Assembly: GCA_005888595.1 (NCBI GenBank) | Contig: VBAL01000111.1 | Coordinates: forward strand, 9,450 to 50,317 | Direction: 5' to 3' | DNA from: Candidatus Segetimicrobium genomatis | Lineage (GTDB): Bacteria > Sysuimicrobiota > Sysuimicrobiia > Sysuimicrobiales > Kaftiobacteriaceae | DNA: 40,868 nt | Shown here: in pieces, positions 10,404 to 20,612 of the stretch | Layout: the number at the start of each line of letters is the position of its first letter | Position numbering within the stretch: position 1 is the first letter of the stretch | The notes under the pieces: generated by a model | The model's input: only the letters and a program-made list of their open reading frames with translations | Databases searched by the model: none | What the model was told of the DNA's origin: nothing | Translations under genes and position numbers: made by a program

Positions 10404-11128
10404 CGTCGCTTGCGCGCGGCCGCGACGAGGGCTTGGAAGAGCTTTCGCTGGCCGGCGTGATGGTCGACCATGCGCTCGGGGTGCCACTGCACACCCATCA
10501 CAAACGGACGTGCGGGATGTTCAATGGTTTCGATAATTCCGTCAGGCGCACGCGCCGTCACCACGAATCCCGGTGCGACGTCCTTCACCGCCTGATGGTG
10601 AAAGCTGTTTACCTCCGCCGCCGGACCGCCCAGTTGAGAGGCGACCTGGCTGCCGCGCTTGACGGCGACCGGATGCGCGGGCTTCCACGCCGGGGTTCCC
10701 TTATCTTGCACATGCGCGTCCGGGGCCAAACCCAGCAGCGTCAGGTCCTGATGCAGCGAGCCGCCGGCGGCGACATTGAGGGTCTGGATGCCGCGGCAAA
10801 TCCCCAGAATGGGCATCTCCGCCGCGAGGGCGGCGCGGGCGATCAGCAACTCCGCGGTGTCGCGCGGCGCGTCGATCTTCACGCCGGCGTCAGGCAGGAT
10901 CGTCTCACCGTAATGCCGGGGATCGATATCTTCCCCACCGCTGAGGAGCAGGGCATCAAGCCCAGCGAGCACACTGCCGGGATCTTGGGCGCGGAGCACG
11001 TCCGCGGGCTCCAGCCACACTGGCTCCCCACCGGCCGCGGCGACCGCGTCGGCGTAGCGCCGGCTGTTGGACGAGGTCGATCCGCCGGTGGTCGCCGTGA
11101 TGCCGATCCGGGGTCGAGAACGCTTCAC
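10400..11128 (-). CDS. Gamma-glutamyl-gamma-aminobutyrate hydrolase family protein (peptidase C26, PuuD-like)
   Basis: LLLSGGEDIDP, LGICRG, NSFHHQAV and GVQWHPE motifs. GTG start overlaps the upstream TGA. Confidence 0.92.
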   Translation of the reverse strand: MKRSRPRIGITATTGGSTSSNSRRYADAVAAAGGEPVWLEPADVLRAQDPGSVLAGLDALLLSGGEDIDPRHYGETILPDAGVKIDAPRDTAELLIARAALAAEMPILGICRGIQTLNVAAGGSLHQDLTLLGLAPDAHVQDKGTPAWKPAHPVAVKRGSQVASQLGGPAAEVNSFHHQAVKDVAPGFVVTARAPDGIIETIEHPARPFVMGVQWHPERMVDHHAGQRKLFQALVAAARKRR

Positions 11129-11859
11129 GGCTTGCTCGTCGTGCCGCCGAGCCAGGCGCAGATGCTGCACGGCGCAAGCGCGTCGGCCTGCGATGACAGA
11201 ATAAATCCGTCCGTGGTCATCTGCAGCGACCGGATTGGAAAGTTCACCGGCCAGTCCTTCTGGCTCATCACGGGGTTGATCTGCGATTCCATAAGACGGA
11301 TGATCGGGGAGAACAAGGGGAAGCCGTTGATCCGCATGTTATCGACATGAAAGTTGATCTCTTTGGTTCCTTTGACCGAAAAGCGGCCCTTCAACCAGAT
11401 CTTGATCGGCAACCCATTGAAGGGCACGGTCCCCTCGCCGTAGATGGATGTCCCATCTGACCACAGCCGGATGTCTTTGAACGCGTTGGAGGCGAGGAAA
11501 AACTCCTGCAGGCGCTGCACGCTCACCCGGCCGTGAAAAGCCGTGCCCCGGTAATCGAGAATCTTGATGTGTTCTTGCTCCAGCGCGCGGACGTCCAGGG
11601 TGATCCCAACCAACTTGAACCAGACCTCATCCACCAGCATGCCGCCGAGGTTGGCATTCTTTGCAAAGATGCTGATCCGGGCGTAGCCGCCGTCGTAGAG
11701 GTCGGGCACCAGATCGAACTGAATATCCTGCGTCCCTAAGAAGCGACTGAAGGCCCGAAGGAGGGCGGAATCGCCCTGCCCCGCAACCGACCCGGCGAGC
11801 ACGGCGAGTAAGAGGCCGACGCCTAACACGACACCTGCACTCCTCAAGGTGATGCGCAC
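11125..11859 (-). CDS. Exported protein, possibly LmeA/DUF2993-like lipid-binding
   Basis: N-terminal signal or TM segment followed by a beta-rich domain. The family call is by general resemblance only. Confidence 0.55.
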   Translation of the reverse strand: MRITLRSAGVVLGVGLLLAVLAGSVAGQGDSALLRAFSRFLGTQDIQFDLVPDLYDGGYARISIFAKNANLGGMLVDEVWFKLVGITLDVRALEQEHIKILDYRGTAFHGRVSVQRLQEFFLASNAFKDIRLWSDGTSIYGEGTVPFNGLPIKIWLKGRFSVKGTKEINFHVDNMRINGFPLFSPIIRLMESQINPVMSQKDWPVNFPIRSLQMTTDGFILSSQADALAPCSICAWLGGTTSKP

Positions 11860-11863
11860 GATC

Positions 11864-12868
11864 TTACCCTTCCTGAAAGGCGGCGGCATGCGCGAACACG
11901 GCCGGCTGCCCGCCCGTGTGCCAGAACACGACGTTCTGGTCGGGTGTGAACCGCTCCTGTGCAATCAACCCCATAAGGCCTGCCATCGCCTTCCCAGTGT
12001 ACACAGGGTCAAGCAGCACCCCCTCGGTCCGCGCGACGATGCGGATCGCATCCAGGCATTCAGGGGTCGGTACCCCATATCGTTCCCCAACATAGTCGTC
12101 GTAGACAATGAGATCGTCTGGATGCGGCCGCCAGCGTAGATCCACGAGCTCGACCAATTCACCCACGATACCCAACACGCGGGTCGTCACCACCTCACGC
12201 CGGGGGCCGGCGCTGATCCCAATCACCTGAACGCCGCTGTCGGTGAGTTTCGTCCCGGTGTACAGGCCGGACTGCGTTCCTCCGGAGGTACTGGCATGGA
12301 CCACCGCGTCCACACGGACGCCGCTGGCATTGGCCTGGGAGAGCAGTTCCAGCCACGCCCCCAGATAGCCGGCCGCGCCGGTGGCGTTGCTGCCGCCGCG
12401 CGGGATCACAAAGGGCTTGCGTCCATCCCGGCGCAACTGGCGCGCCAGGTCCTCGACGACGCCCGCCACGATGTAGTCATCATCGGTCTGGATGATGCGC
12501 ACCTCGGCACCAAAAATGCGATCCAAGAGCAGGTTCCCCTGCGCCTGATCGGGCGGCTCCCCGTTCAGCACCACGATGGGCTCGAAGCCCAACCGCCGTG
12601 CGGCCGCGGCGGTCATGCGGGCATGGTTGGATTGAACCGCCCCCACCGTAATGACCACATCGCATCCCTGCTGGCGGGCCTGCCCCAGCAGGAACTCCAA
12701 CTTGCGAGCCTTGTTGCCACCCAGGGCCAAACCGGTCAGATCGTCGCGCTTGATCCAGATGTGTGGACCGTGGAGGTAGTCGCTGAGCCTTGGCGCCTCT
12801 TCCAGTGGCGTGGGGAGATGAGCGAGCTTGATACGGGGAAGATTTCCGAGCTGCACTTTAACCCCCAA
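11864..12868 (-). CDS. D-cysteine desulfhydrase family PLP enzyme
   Basis: KRDDLTGLALGGNKARKL and QSNH motifs. DPVYTGK and HTGG (not YEGK/HLGG) argue against a true ACC deaminase. Confidence 0.9.
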   Translation of the reverse strand: MGVKVQLGNLPRIKLAHLPTPLEEAPRLSDYLHGPHIWIKRDDLTGLALGGNKARKLEFLLGQARQQGCDVVITVGAVQSNHARMTAAAARRLGFEPIVVLNGEPPDQAQGNLLLDRIFGAEVRIIQTDDDYIVAGVVEDLARQLRRDGRKPFVIPRGGSNATGAAGYLGAWLELLSQANASGVRVDAVVHASTSGGTQSGLYTGTKLTDSGVQVIGISAGPRREVVTTRVLGIVGELVELVDLRWRPHPDDLIVYDDYVGERYGVPTPECLDAIRIVARTEGVLLDPVYTGKAMAGLMGLIAQERFTPDQNVVFWHTGGQPAVFAHAAAFQEG

Positions 12869-12871
12869 ACT

Positions 12872-13009
12872 TCGTGAATAGTGAATAGTGATTAGTGAAT
12901 AGTACCACCGTCGTATGCGTCTCTTCGGTATCGGACAGTCTCGTGCGTTCCATTGAGTCCGCCGTTCCTATTCACTATTCACTATTCACTATTCACCATT
13001 CACTATTTA
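12872..13009. repeat. Inverted heptamer arrays (TAGTGAA)n ... (CTATTCA)n
   Basis: tcgtgaa tagtgaa tagtgat tagtgaa ... ctattca x4, ccattca, ctattta; contains the pxpBC stop. Confidence 0.9.
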
Positions 13010-14643
13010 CTGGACAGATCGCGCAGCGTCTCCTCCCAAGCGCGCAAAGCGTCAACGGCCTGCTCGATGGTCGCCGGCACGAACCGGATCCGTGTCCCGG
13101 GCCTGGCCTGCGCGACGATCCGCAGGTCAGCCGAGGCCACGACGCCGGGTTTCGGGTATCCGCCTGTCGTGGGCCCGTCAGGCATGATCACGATCGGCTG
13201 CCCGGCCTCCGGCACTTGCACCGCCCCGGGAAGCAACCCATCGGACAACATCTCGACCCGCCTGGCCGGAACGGCGGGCCCATTCAGGCGGACGCCTGCG
13301 CGGTCGCTCTGCACGCTAATGGAAAACGCCGCCTGCCAGAATCGCTCGCGGGATGCACTATCAAACCACGCGTCCTGCGGCCCGGGGAGGACGCGAACAA
13401 CTGCCTCCTCCACGGGGATCTCGAGCGAAATCGAGCTCGACGCCGCGAGGCGACTCGGTCCTTCTCCCCGCCCCAACGCGTCTCCTGCCCGCAGCCGTCT
13501 GCCGCCCGCCCCACCCAATCCGCCCGGCACGTAGGTCGCGGTGCTCCCGAGCACTGCCGCGACGGCGATCCCACCAGCGACCCCAACATATGCCCACATC
13601 CCCCGGCGGGGCGCTCCAAAGTAGAGCATCTGGCCGGTGCGCATCGCGATGGGGGTCCACGGCTGCAACTCGCGGCCGTCCAGCGACGCAGAGAAGTCGG
13701 CGCCGGTCACGGCAATCGTCACGTCATCCAGGGCGCGCAGCACCGGACCAGGAGCCGTGCACTCTACTGCGGCCGCAGATGGGCGATTTCCCACCAGAAG
13801 ATTCGCGAGCTGAAGGGCGGCGGGGTCCATCGCGCCGGCCGACGGCAGCCCCAGGCTGCGGGATCCTGTTCGGCCCAGATCCTGCACAGTCGTGTACAGT
13901 CCCGCATCGCGCACTTCCATGGCCGGGCGCCCCGCAGGCTCTACCAGGCCTGGCGATCCGAGCGGGATCTCGGGAAACACAGCCGACGTGACCGGCACGA
14001 ACCGAACATGGTCTCCGGGCCGGAGCAGAATGGGATCGGGATGCCGCGGATCGTAGATGATCCGCGGCGTGCGGCCGATGAGTCTCCACCCGCCGGGGGT
14101 GGACAGCGGATAGACGCCGGTGAGCGCGTCGGCAATCCCTACCGATCCCGCCGGGACGCGGGTGCGCGGCACCGACAGGCGCGGCCTGCGCAGGGAGGCC
14201 GCCACAATACCCAGATACGGAAATCCGGGAGCAAATCCCAGCATCAGCACCTGGTAGTCCTGGCGGCTATGAAGCTCGATGGCTTCGCGGGTGGTCAGAC
14301 CGCTCATCTTGGCGACGTCGGCGAGATCCGGGCCGGCGTCTCCACCATAGACGACCGGAAGCTCGATCAGCCGGCCGGCGCCGTCTTGGTCAGGAAGAAG
14401 GTTCTGGAGCAACTGCAGGGCGGTGCCGGCCAGACGGTTACGGTCCGCTGTCAAAGGATCGATGATCAGCAGCAGGGACCGCAACGTCGGCACGACCTCG
14501 ATTACGCCGGGCAGGTCGCGCAGCCGGCGACTCAACGCCCGGACGCAACCACTGATCTCTGTAGAGAGTTCGTCCGCGAACTCGACGACCAGTCCGCGGT
14601 CTCCGAACGGGAGGACCGAGGCCGTCCTGGACCCGCGTGTCAT
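13003..14643 (-). CDS. pxpB: Fused 5-oxoprolinase subunits PxpB-PxpC
   Basis: N-half GFAPGFPYL and TPGGWRLIGRT (PxpB); C-half TVQDLGR, SDRAGVRL and TTGGYPK (PxpC). Confidence 0.92.
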   Translation of the reverse strand: MTRGSRTASVLPFGDRGLVVEFADELSTEISGCVRALSRRLRDLPGVIEVVPTLRSLLLIIDPLTADRNRLAGTALQLLQNLLPDQDGAGRLIELPVVYGGDAGPDLADVAKMSGLTTREAIELHSRQDYQVLMLGFAPGFPYLGIVAASLRRPRLSVPRTRVPAGSVGIADALTGVYPLSTPGGWRLIGRTPRIIYDPRHPDPILLRPGDHVRFVPVTSAVFPEIPLGSPGLVEPAGRPAMEVRDAGLYTTVQDLGRTGSRSLGLPSAGAMDPAALQLANLLVGNRPSAAAVECTAPGPVLRALDDVTIAVTGADFSASLDGRELQPWTPIAMRTGQMLYFGAPRRGMWAYVGVAGGIAVAAVLGSTATYVPGGLGGAGGRRLRAGDALGRGEGPSRLAASSSISLEIPVEEAVVRVLPGPQDAWFDSASRERFWQAAFSISVQSDRAGVRLNGPAVPARRVEMLSDGLLPGAVQVPEAGQPIVIMPDGPTTGGYPKPGVVASADLRIVAQARPGTRIRFVPATIEQAVDALRAWEETLRDLSSK

Positions 14644-15461
14644 GGGAGGGGGGGCGGAGACTTGGGATACGAGCCAAGGATGCGCAGAAAGACCGTGACG
14701 CGTGAAAGATCCAGCAGCGCCGCGGCAGCCGGTGGGTCGTCCTGGTGGCCTTCAAAGTCCACATAAAACAAATACTCCCAGGGAACCTCACGGCGCGGCC
14801 GCGACTCCAATTTTGTGAGATTGATTGAGCGGGTGGCAAACGCGCCGAGGGCCAGATAGAGGGCGCCGGGGATGTTCTGCGTGGTGAAGACGATCGACGT
14901 TTTCGCCCCCACGATCCGCGGGGCCGGTTCTGGGGCCAGGCTGAGAAACTTCGTGTAGTTGGCCGGATTGGTCTCGATTCCCTCTGCGAGAACGGCCAAG
15001 CCGTAGATATGCGCGGCGCCTACGCTGGCGATTGCGGCTGCCCCGCGCAGGTGCCGCTCGGCCACCATCTTCGCGCTGCCGGCGGTGTCGTATGCCGGCA
15101 CCGGCTCCACCCCATGCTGACGGAGAAAGGCCTCACACTGCGCCAGGGCCTGCGGGTGTGAATATGCCCGGCGGATGGCGCGGAGCTCCTGGCCGGGCAT
15201 CGCCATCAAACAATGGCGGATGCGCAGGTCGAGCTCGCCCGTGATGAACAGGGCATGAGCGAGCAACAGGTCGTACGTCTCGTTGATCGAGCCGGCCTGG
15301 GAGTTTTCCGCGGGCACCACCGCACGATCGGCGCGCCCGGCCGTGACCGTGTCAAAGACATCACGCAACGTGGGGCGCGGGAGAGCTTCCGCCTCGCCAA
15401 AGAGCTGTGTGACGGCCTCCTCGCTGTACGCGCCTCGCTCACCCTGGAATGCGACTTTCAT
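14640..15461 (-). CDS. pheA: Prephenate dehydratase
   Basis: FQGERGAYSE, ENS, SHPQALAQC, NYTKF, and ACT-domain NLTKLESRP. Confidence 0.96.
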   Translation of the reverse strand: MKVAFQGERGAYSEEAVTQLFGEAEALPRPTLRDVFDTVTAGRADRAVVPAENSQAGSINETYDLLLAHALFITGELDLRIRHCLMAMPGQELRAIRRAYSHPQALAQCEAFLRQHGVEPVPAYDTAGSAKMVAERHLRGAAAIASVGAAHIYGLAVLAEGIETNPANYTKFLSLAPEPAPRIVGAKTSIVFTTQNIPGALYLALGAFATRSINLTKLESRPRREVPWEYLFYVDFEGHQDDPPAAAALLDLSRVTVFLRILGSYPKSPPPLP

Positions 15462-15483
15462 GGTTCACCGAGAACTGCTGTCT

Positions 15484-16635
15484 CTAGGAGACGCCGTTAT
15501 GGACGTAAATGCGGGGCACGCGCAGCCCGACCCCGCAAAGAATCTCGTAGGAAATGGTTTGCGCCCACGCCGCGACCTCGTCTGCGCTGATGGCATCTCC
15601 GAACAACTGCGCGACATCGCCCGCCGCGACCGGGTGATCACCCACATCCACCATCAGGTGGTCCATGCACACCCGGCCCGCGATGCGATGGCGCTGACCT
15701 CGGATCAGCACTTCGCCCCGCTCGCCGGCCAGCCTCGGGTAGCCGTCCGCGTACCCGCAGGCAATGGTCGCGATCGTCGTCGATGTCTTCGTGCGGTGCG
15801 CGGCTCCGTAGCTGACGGCCGTACCGGGACCCACCCGCGCCGTGCGCACGACGCGGCTGTAGAGGCGCATGGCGGGATGCAGGGATCCCAGCGACGCCAT
15901 CTGCGGCGCCGGGTACAATCCGTACATCGCCAGCCCGACCCGGACCATGTCGAAGTGCGTGTGGGGCGAGGTCAGCGCGCCGGCGCTGTTGGCAACGTGG
16001 ATCAGGGCCCGCGGCACTCGCGCGCGTATCGCCTCCAGCGCGGGCCGAAACCGCAGCAGCTGCTCCTGGGTCATCACATGGTCAGGTTCATCCGCACATG
16101 CGAGCTGGGTATAGCACCCTTCCACCGGGATGCCTTTGGCGGTCAGGCGGTCCAGCAGCACCGGGACGTCCTCAGGAAATACGCCCAGTCGGGTCATGCC
16201 GGTATCCACCTTGAGGTGGACGGGAGGGACAGCGCCGACATGGCGGAGGACGATCTCTGCCATCTCCTGCGACGTGATACTGATGCTCAGCCCGTGGGCC
16301 GTCGCATCGGCCACTTCACCTGCGGTGAGGCCGCCCAGGACCAGGACCGGCGCACTGATCTCTCCCAGCCGGAGCGCGACACCCTCGCCCAGCGTGGCGA
16401 CGCCCAGCCAGGCCGCGTCGGCGGCCAGGGCCGCCCGGCAGACGGGCACGACCCCGTGTCCGTACGCGTCCGCCTTCACCACGGCCATGAGCCGGCAGGA
16501 CCGCGACAGGAGACGGTGGACGGCCCGGATATTGCGGGCGATGGCGGCCAGATCCACTTCGGCCCACGCGCGCAGGGTCGTAGTTTCCGCCGACGGCGCC
16601 AACGGCGTGATGGCTTCGCGCGGTCGCGCCGTCAC
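15484..16635 (-). CDS. alr: Alanine racemase (start uncertain; ORF open to 16722)
   Basis: AVVKADAYGHG, HLKVDTGMTRLG, GYADG and GRVCMD motifs. Confidence 0.96.
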   Translation of the reverse strand: MTARPREAITPLAPSAETTTLRAWAEVDLAAIARNIRAVHRLLSRSCRLMAVVKADAYGHGVVPVCRAALAADAAWLGVATLGEGVALRLGEISAPVLVLGGLTAGEVADATAHGLSISITSQEMAEIVLRHVGAVPPVHLKVDTGMTRLGVFPEDVPVLLDRLTAKGIPVEGCYTQLACADEPDHVMTQEQLLRFRPALEAIRARVPRALIHVANSAGALTSPHTHFDMVRVGLAMYGLYPAPQMASLGSLHPAMRLYSRVVRTARVGPGTAVSYGAAHRTKTSTTIATIACGYADGYPRLAGERGEVLIRGQRHRIAGRVCMDHLMVDVGDHPVAAGDVAQLFGDAISADEVAAWAQTISYEILCGVGLRVPRIYVHNGVS

Positions 16636-16953
16636 GGAATCACGCTGTCGCGTCTTCGCGGGGGCGCGTCTCCTCGTATCGATACCCGCACGTTTTCGCT
16701 TGATTGTCGTCCCCCCGCCCATCGTTTCGACGGGACCTGATGGCGCGCCTACTGACCACGCCCTGCACCGCAGGGAGGAGCGCGACGCGTGTAGTAATAC
16801 TGAGTCAGAACCTCCCTATCCCGCTGGTCAGGCTTCAACCATGCTGATGAAAAGCTATCGGTCCGCGAGGGAGATCACTCTTTCCTTGCGGGCGGAAGGA
16901 GGTGTCGGGAGTCTTTCGCAGTGCTGAGGCTACTTCTCCCAAGGAGGCACAAG

Positions 16954-18210
16954 ATGGTTCGGTACATTCGAGGGCTCACCGTGTTGAGCCTGTTGCTTGT
17001 CGTGGCGCTGGTGCCTGTCAGCCTGTCCGGCGCGGCTATGGGCGGCAAGTTGGAAATCTTTAGCTGGTGGACGGCCGGAGGCGAGGCCGAGGGGCTGTCG
17101 GGGATGTTCAGCGTCTATAAGAAACTCTACCCCGGCGTGGAGATCGTCAATGCGACGGTGGCCGGCGGCGCGGGGACAAACGCCAAGGCGGTGCTGGCAA
17201 CGCGCCTCACGGGCGGCGACCCGCCGGATTCGTTCCAGGTGCATGCGGGTCTGGAAGTCCAGAAATATGACCCCGCGGGGTTCCTCGATCCTCTGGACAC
17301 GATTTTCAAGTCCGAGGGGTGGGAGAAAGTCTTTCCCACTGGGCTCCTCACCCTGCTGCGATATCAGGGGCATTACTGGTCCGTGCCCGTAAACATCCAT
17401 CGGGCGAACGTCATGTGGTACAGCAAAAAGGTCTTTACCGCCAACTACCTCACGCCGCCGGTGACGTTCGATGAGTTCTTCAAGGTTGCCGACGCTCTCA
17501 AAGCCAAAGGCATCGTGCCCTTCGTCCTGGGAGACAAAGAAGGATGGGAAGCGGGGCATGCGTTTGAGGCGGTCTTGATCGGCACGCTGGGCGCGGATGC
17601 ATACCGCGGTCTGTGGACCGGCAAGACGCAGTGGACCGATGCGCGGGTCGCTCAGGCGCTCAACACGTTCAAGAGGATGCTCACGTATACGAACAGCGAT
17701 CATGCCGCGCTCACCTGGGACGGCGCCGGCCAGTATCTGATCGACGCCAAGGGCGCTATGGAAATCATGGGCGATTGGGAGAACGGCTGGTTCCAGTCAA
17801 AGAACTATGCCGATTACGGCTGGGCGCCCCCGCCGGGCAATACGGGTGTGTTTGACGCGCTCTCCGACTCGTTCTCCTTGCCCAAGAAGGCTCCCGACCG
17901 CGAGAACGCCATGAACTGGCTCAAGGTCGCCGGGTCCAAAGCGGGGCAGGAGGCCTTCAACCCCAAGAAGGGCTCCATCTGCGCCCGCACCGATTGCAAC
18001 CAGTCCTTGTTCAACCCCTACCTTCAGTCCGCGGCCAAGGACTGGCGCAGCAATGCGCTTGTCCCCAGCGTCATTCACGGCGCCGCGGCGTTTGAGAGCT
18101 GGGCGACCCAGTACAAAGATGCCCTGGCATTGTTCGTGACCAGCGGCGACGTGGCCAAGACGCAGGCCACTCTGCAGGCCGCGTGCAAGGACGCCGGCGT
18201 CTGCAAGTAG
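16954..18210 (+). CDS. Sugar ABC transporter substrate-binding protein (glucose/galactose-binding type)
   Basis: AGGAGG RBS; signal peptide; SWWTAGGE, GGAG, FQVH, NIHR, GDW, LSDSF and IHG, resembling the Thermus glucose-binding protein family. Confidence 0.92.
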   Translation: MVRYIRGLTVLSLLLVVALVPVSLSGAAMGGKLEIFSWWTAGGEAEGLSGMFSVYKKLYPGVEIVNATVAGGAGTNAKAVLATRLTGGDPPDSFQVHAGLEVQKYDPAGFLDPLDTIFKSEGWEKVFPTGLLTLLRYQGHYWSVPVNIHRANVMWYSKKVFTANYLTPPVTFDEFFKVADALKAKGIVPFVLGDKEGWEAGHAFEAVLIGTLGADAYRGLWTGKTQWTDARVAQALNTFKRMLTYTNSDHAALTWDGAGQYLIDAKGAMEIMGDWENGWFQSKNYADYGWAPPPGNTGVFDALSDSFSLPKKAPDRENAMNWLKVAGSKAGQEAFNPKKGSICARTDCNQSLFNPYLQSAAKDWRSNALVPSVIHGAAAFESWATQYKDALALFVTSGDVAKTQATLQAACKDAGVCK

Positions 18211-18228
18211 ACTCTGTGTAACGGCCGG

Positions 18229-18264
18229 GCAGCGAGGCAGTCCGATCCTGGGCTGCCTCGCTGT
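18229..18264 (+). terminator. GC-rich stem-loop after the binding-protein gene (mRNA stabiliser or attenuator)
   Basis: gcagcgaggcagtcc-gatcct-gggctgcctcgctgt forms a 15-bp stem; no U-tract. Confidence 0.6.
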
Positions 18265-18284
18265 GCACTTGGACGGAGACCCGA

Positions 18285-19247
18285 GTGGCACGCGAGACCG
18301 TTCCAGTCCAGATTCAGTCTGTCCCGGCTCCCCGCATTGCTTCGCGGCGGTGGCCCCCCAGCGCTGACCGGATCGCATCGGTCCTGCTGATTGCACCGTC
18401 GGTGCTGGCCATCGCGGTGTTCGTCTACGGGTTCATTGCCTTCACCGGGTTTGCCTCGCTCACGAAGTGGAATACCTTAAGACCCGACTTCACCTTTATC
18501 GGCCTAGCGAACTACGCCAGGCTGTTCTCCACCGTCCGTTTTCAGATTGACCTGCATAACACCGTGACGTTCACGATCCTGTTCCTGGTGCTCTGCCTGT
18601 CGCTGGGGTTTGGACTTGCCGTGCTGCTTGACCGCGGGGTCCGCGGCGAAGGGATCTTCCGCAGCATCTTCCTGTTCCCGCTGGCCCTATCGTTCATCGT
18701 CACCGGCGTGGTCTGGCGCTGGCTGCTCAACCCCGGAAGCGTCGAGTTGGGCAGCACGGGGGTGAACCAGCTGTTCGACAGAGCCGGGCTCGGCTTCCTG
18801 AAGTCTGGCTGGTACACGGACCCCGGCATCGGCATCAAGGCCGTGGTCGTGGCGGCCACCTGGCAGCTGTCGGGTTATGTGATGGCGATGTACCTGGCAG
18901 GCCTGCGGGGCATTCCCGAGGAGCTCCGTGAAGCCGCGCTCGTGGACGGCGCCAGCGAGGTGCAAATCTATCGCCACATCATCGTGCCTCTGCTCCATCC
19001 CATCACGCTGGGCGCGATCATCATCCTGGGCCACATCTCGCTGAAGATCTTCGATCTGGTCGTGGCAATGACGGGGCCCGGCCCGGGCTTTTCCTCCGAC
19101 GTGCCGGCCTTCTTCATGTTCGATACGACGTTCCGCGGCAACTACTTTGCCCAAGGGGCAGGCATCGCGGTGATCCTCCTGATCATGGTGGCCGTGCTCA
19201 TCATTCCTTACCTGGTTTTCAACCTGCGCACGGAGACGCAGCGATAG
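18285..19247 (+). CDS. Sugar ABC transporter permease 1
   Basis: Multiple TM helices; EAA motif [12 protein letters not shown]. Confidence 0.95.
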   Translation: MARETVPVQIQSVPAPRIASRRWPPSADRIASVLLIAPSVLAIAVFVYGFIAFTGFASLTKWNTLRPDFTFIGLANYARLFSTVRFQIDLHNTVTFTILFLVLCLSLGFGLAVLLDRGVRGEGIFRSIFLFPLALSFIVTGVVWRWLLNPGSVELGSTGVNQLFDRAGLGFLKSGWYTDPGIGIKAVVVAATWQLSGYVMAMYLAGLRGIPEELREAALVDGASEVQIYRHIIVPLLHPITLGAIIILGHISLKIFDLVVAMTGPGPGFSSDVPAFFMFDTTFRGNYFAQGAGIAVILLIMVAVLIIPYLVFNLRTETQR

Positions 19248-19249
19248 CC

Positions 19250-20122
19250 GTGCGCGCTGCGGTGCCCAGGACTCGCGGGGAGGTCCCCTGGCTGCGCCTC
19301 GCATCCTACGCGGTCTTGGTCGCCGCGGCCCTGTTCTATCTCCTTCCCATCTATGTCCTGGTGATCACGGGGATGAAGAGTTTCGCCGAGGTGAACCTCT
19401 ACCGGATGTGGGACCTGCCGTCGAGATTTTCGCTGGACAGCTTCGTGAAGGCCTGGCTGGGGAGCGCGACTCAGGGGTTCCGGGGCCTGAGCAACAACTT
19501 CTGGAACAGCGTGCGCCTGGCGGTACCCGCGACCCTCCTGTCGGCCGCCCTGGGATCGATGAACGGGTACGTCCTGTCAAAGTGGAGATTCCGCGGCTCA
19601 GACAGCCTGTTTGCACTGCTCCTCTTCGGGATGTTCATCCCTTACCAGAGCATCTTGATCCCGCTCGTCCAGGTGCTGAGCCGCATCGGGCTCTATGGCT
19701 CAATTCCCGGCCTGATATTTGTCCACGTCGTGTACGGGATTCCGATCACGACGCTGATCTTCCGAAACTACTACGCCACCGTCCCCGGCGAACTCGTCGA
19801 GGCGGGGAAGATCGACGGCGCGGGCATCCTCGGCATCTACCGGTCGATCATGTTCCCGATCTCGATGCCGGCCTTCGCGGTAGTGATGATCTGGCAGTTC
19901 ACCTCGATCTGGAACGATTTCTTGTTCGGGGTCATCGTTACCCCGCGACCCGCGGTACAGCCGATCACGGTGGCCCTCAACAACCTCGCGGGTAGTTACA
20001 TCGTGGAATGGAACGTGCAGATGGCGGGCGCCCTGCTCGCCGCGCTGCCGACCATGCTGCTGTATATCGTGCTGGGCCGCTACTTCATGCGGGGGCTGCT
20101 GGCGGGATCCCTGAAAGCATAA
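19250..20122 (+). CDS. Sugar ABC transporter permease 2
   Basis: [12 protein letters not shown] and WNDFL motifs; TM helices. Confidence 0.95.
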   Translation: MRAAVPRTRGEVPWLRLASYAVLVAAALFYLLPIYVLVITGMKSFAEVNLYRMWDLPSRFSLDSFVKAWLGSATQGFRGLSNNFWNSVRLAVPATLLSAALGSMNGYVLSKWRFRGSDSLFALLLFGMFIPYQSILIPLVQVLSRIGLYGSIPGLIFVHVVYGIPITTLIFRNYYATVPGELVEAGKIDGAGILGIYRSIMFPISMPAFAVVMIWQFTSIWNDFLFGVIVTPRPAVQPITVALNNLAGSYIVEWNVQMAGALLAALPTMLLYIVLGRYFMRGLLAGSLKA

Positions 20123-20203
20123 CTGTGTCTACCTAGTCTTCCCAATCTACCTAGTCTTCCCGGTCTACCTAGTCTTCCTGGTCTACCTAGTCTTCCTGGT
20201 CTC
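20121..20203 (+). repeat. Left arm of a 9-mer GTCT(A/T)C-NNN array
   Basis: aactgt gtctaccta gtcttccca atctaccta gtcttcccg gtctaccta gtcttcctg gtctaccta gtcttcctg gtctcc. Confidence 0.92.
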
Positions 20204-20511
20204 CTTGCTTGATATCCATGAACCTCGATGAACTCACTGATCGTGCGCAGGCCGCGCGGATGCGCGACATCGTTCCCACCGATCGCGCATCAGCCGACGA
20301 ACACGAGGACTCGAGCGACATGCGGGCGGCTCGCGCGTAGCGCCTCGTCCGAGACCGTCGCTGCGTGCGAGGACACACTGAACCCTTGCGCCGAAGGCGC
20401 ACCACCGTACCGCGGGCCCCACCAGCCTAGCGATCCCCCGCGCACGAATCGACAGGGTCGTTAGGGCGCCGTGGTACGGCACGAATGCTACGTCAGATGG
20501 CCCGGTACGAG

Positions 20512-20562
20512 CCGTACCACCGCCTGAAGTTGGGAGGGGAACTACTTTAGGGGGTGGTACGG
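20512..20562. promoter_or_regulatory. 19-bp inverted repeat, putative operator upstream of the island genes
   Basis: ccgtaccaccgcctgaagt-13 nt-actttagggggtggtacgg (17/19 complementary). Confidence 0.55.
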
Positions 20563-20612
20563 GGCGCCTCATACGAATAGATGGAGAGACGTACGCCGCG
20601 ACTGCAGGACTA

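Noticed and set aside
11864-12868. ACC deaminase (acdS)
   Set aside because: Has YTGK and HTGG rather than the ACC-deaminase-defining Glu and Leu residues.
12895-14766. 623-aa plus-strand ORF and other long antisense ORFs (for example 15283-16740, 35184-36278, 610-1389)
   Set aside because: Shadow frames of well-supported minus-strand genes in high-GC DNA; no motifs.
16954-20122. Missing ATPase in the sugar ABC operon as an anomaly
   Set aside because: CUT1 sugar systems commonly share an ATPase encoded elsewhere (MsiK/MsmX type).
20121-20203. CRISPR array interpretation of the tandem repeats (also 29359, 30798, 32636)
   Set aside because: Units are 7-9 bp and contiguous, with no unique ~30-bp spacers and no cas genes.
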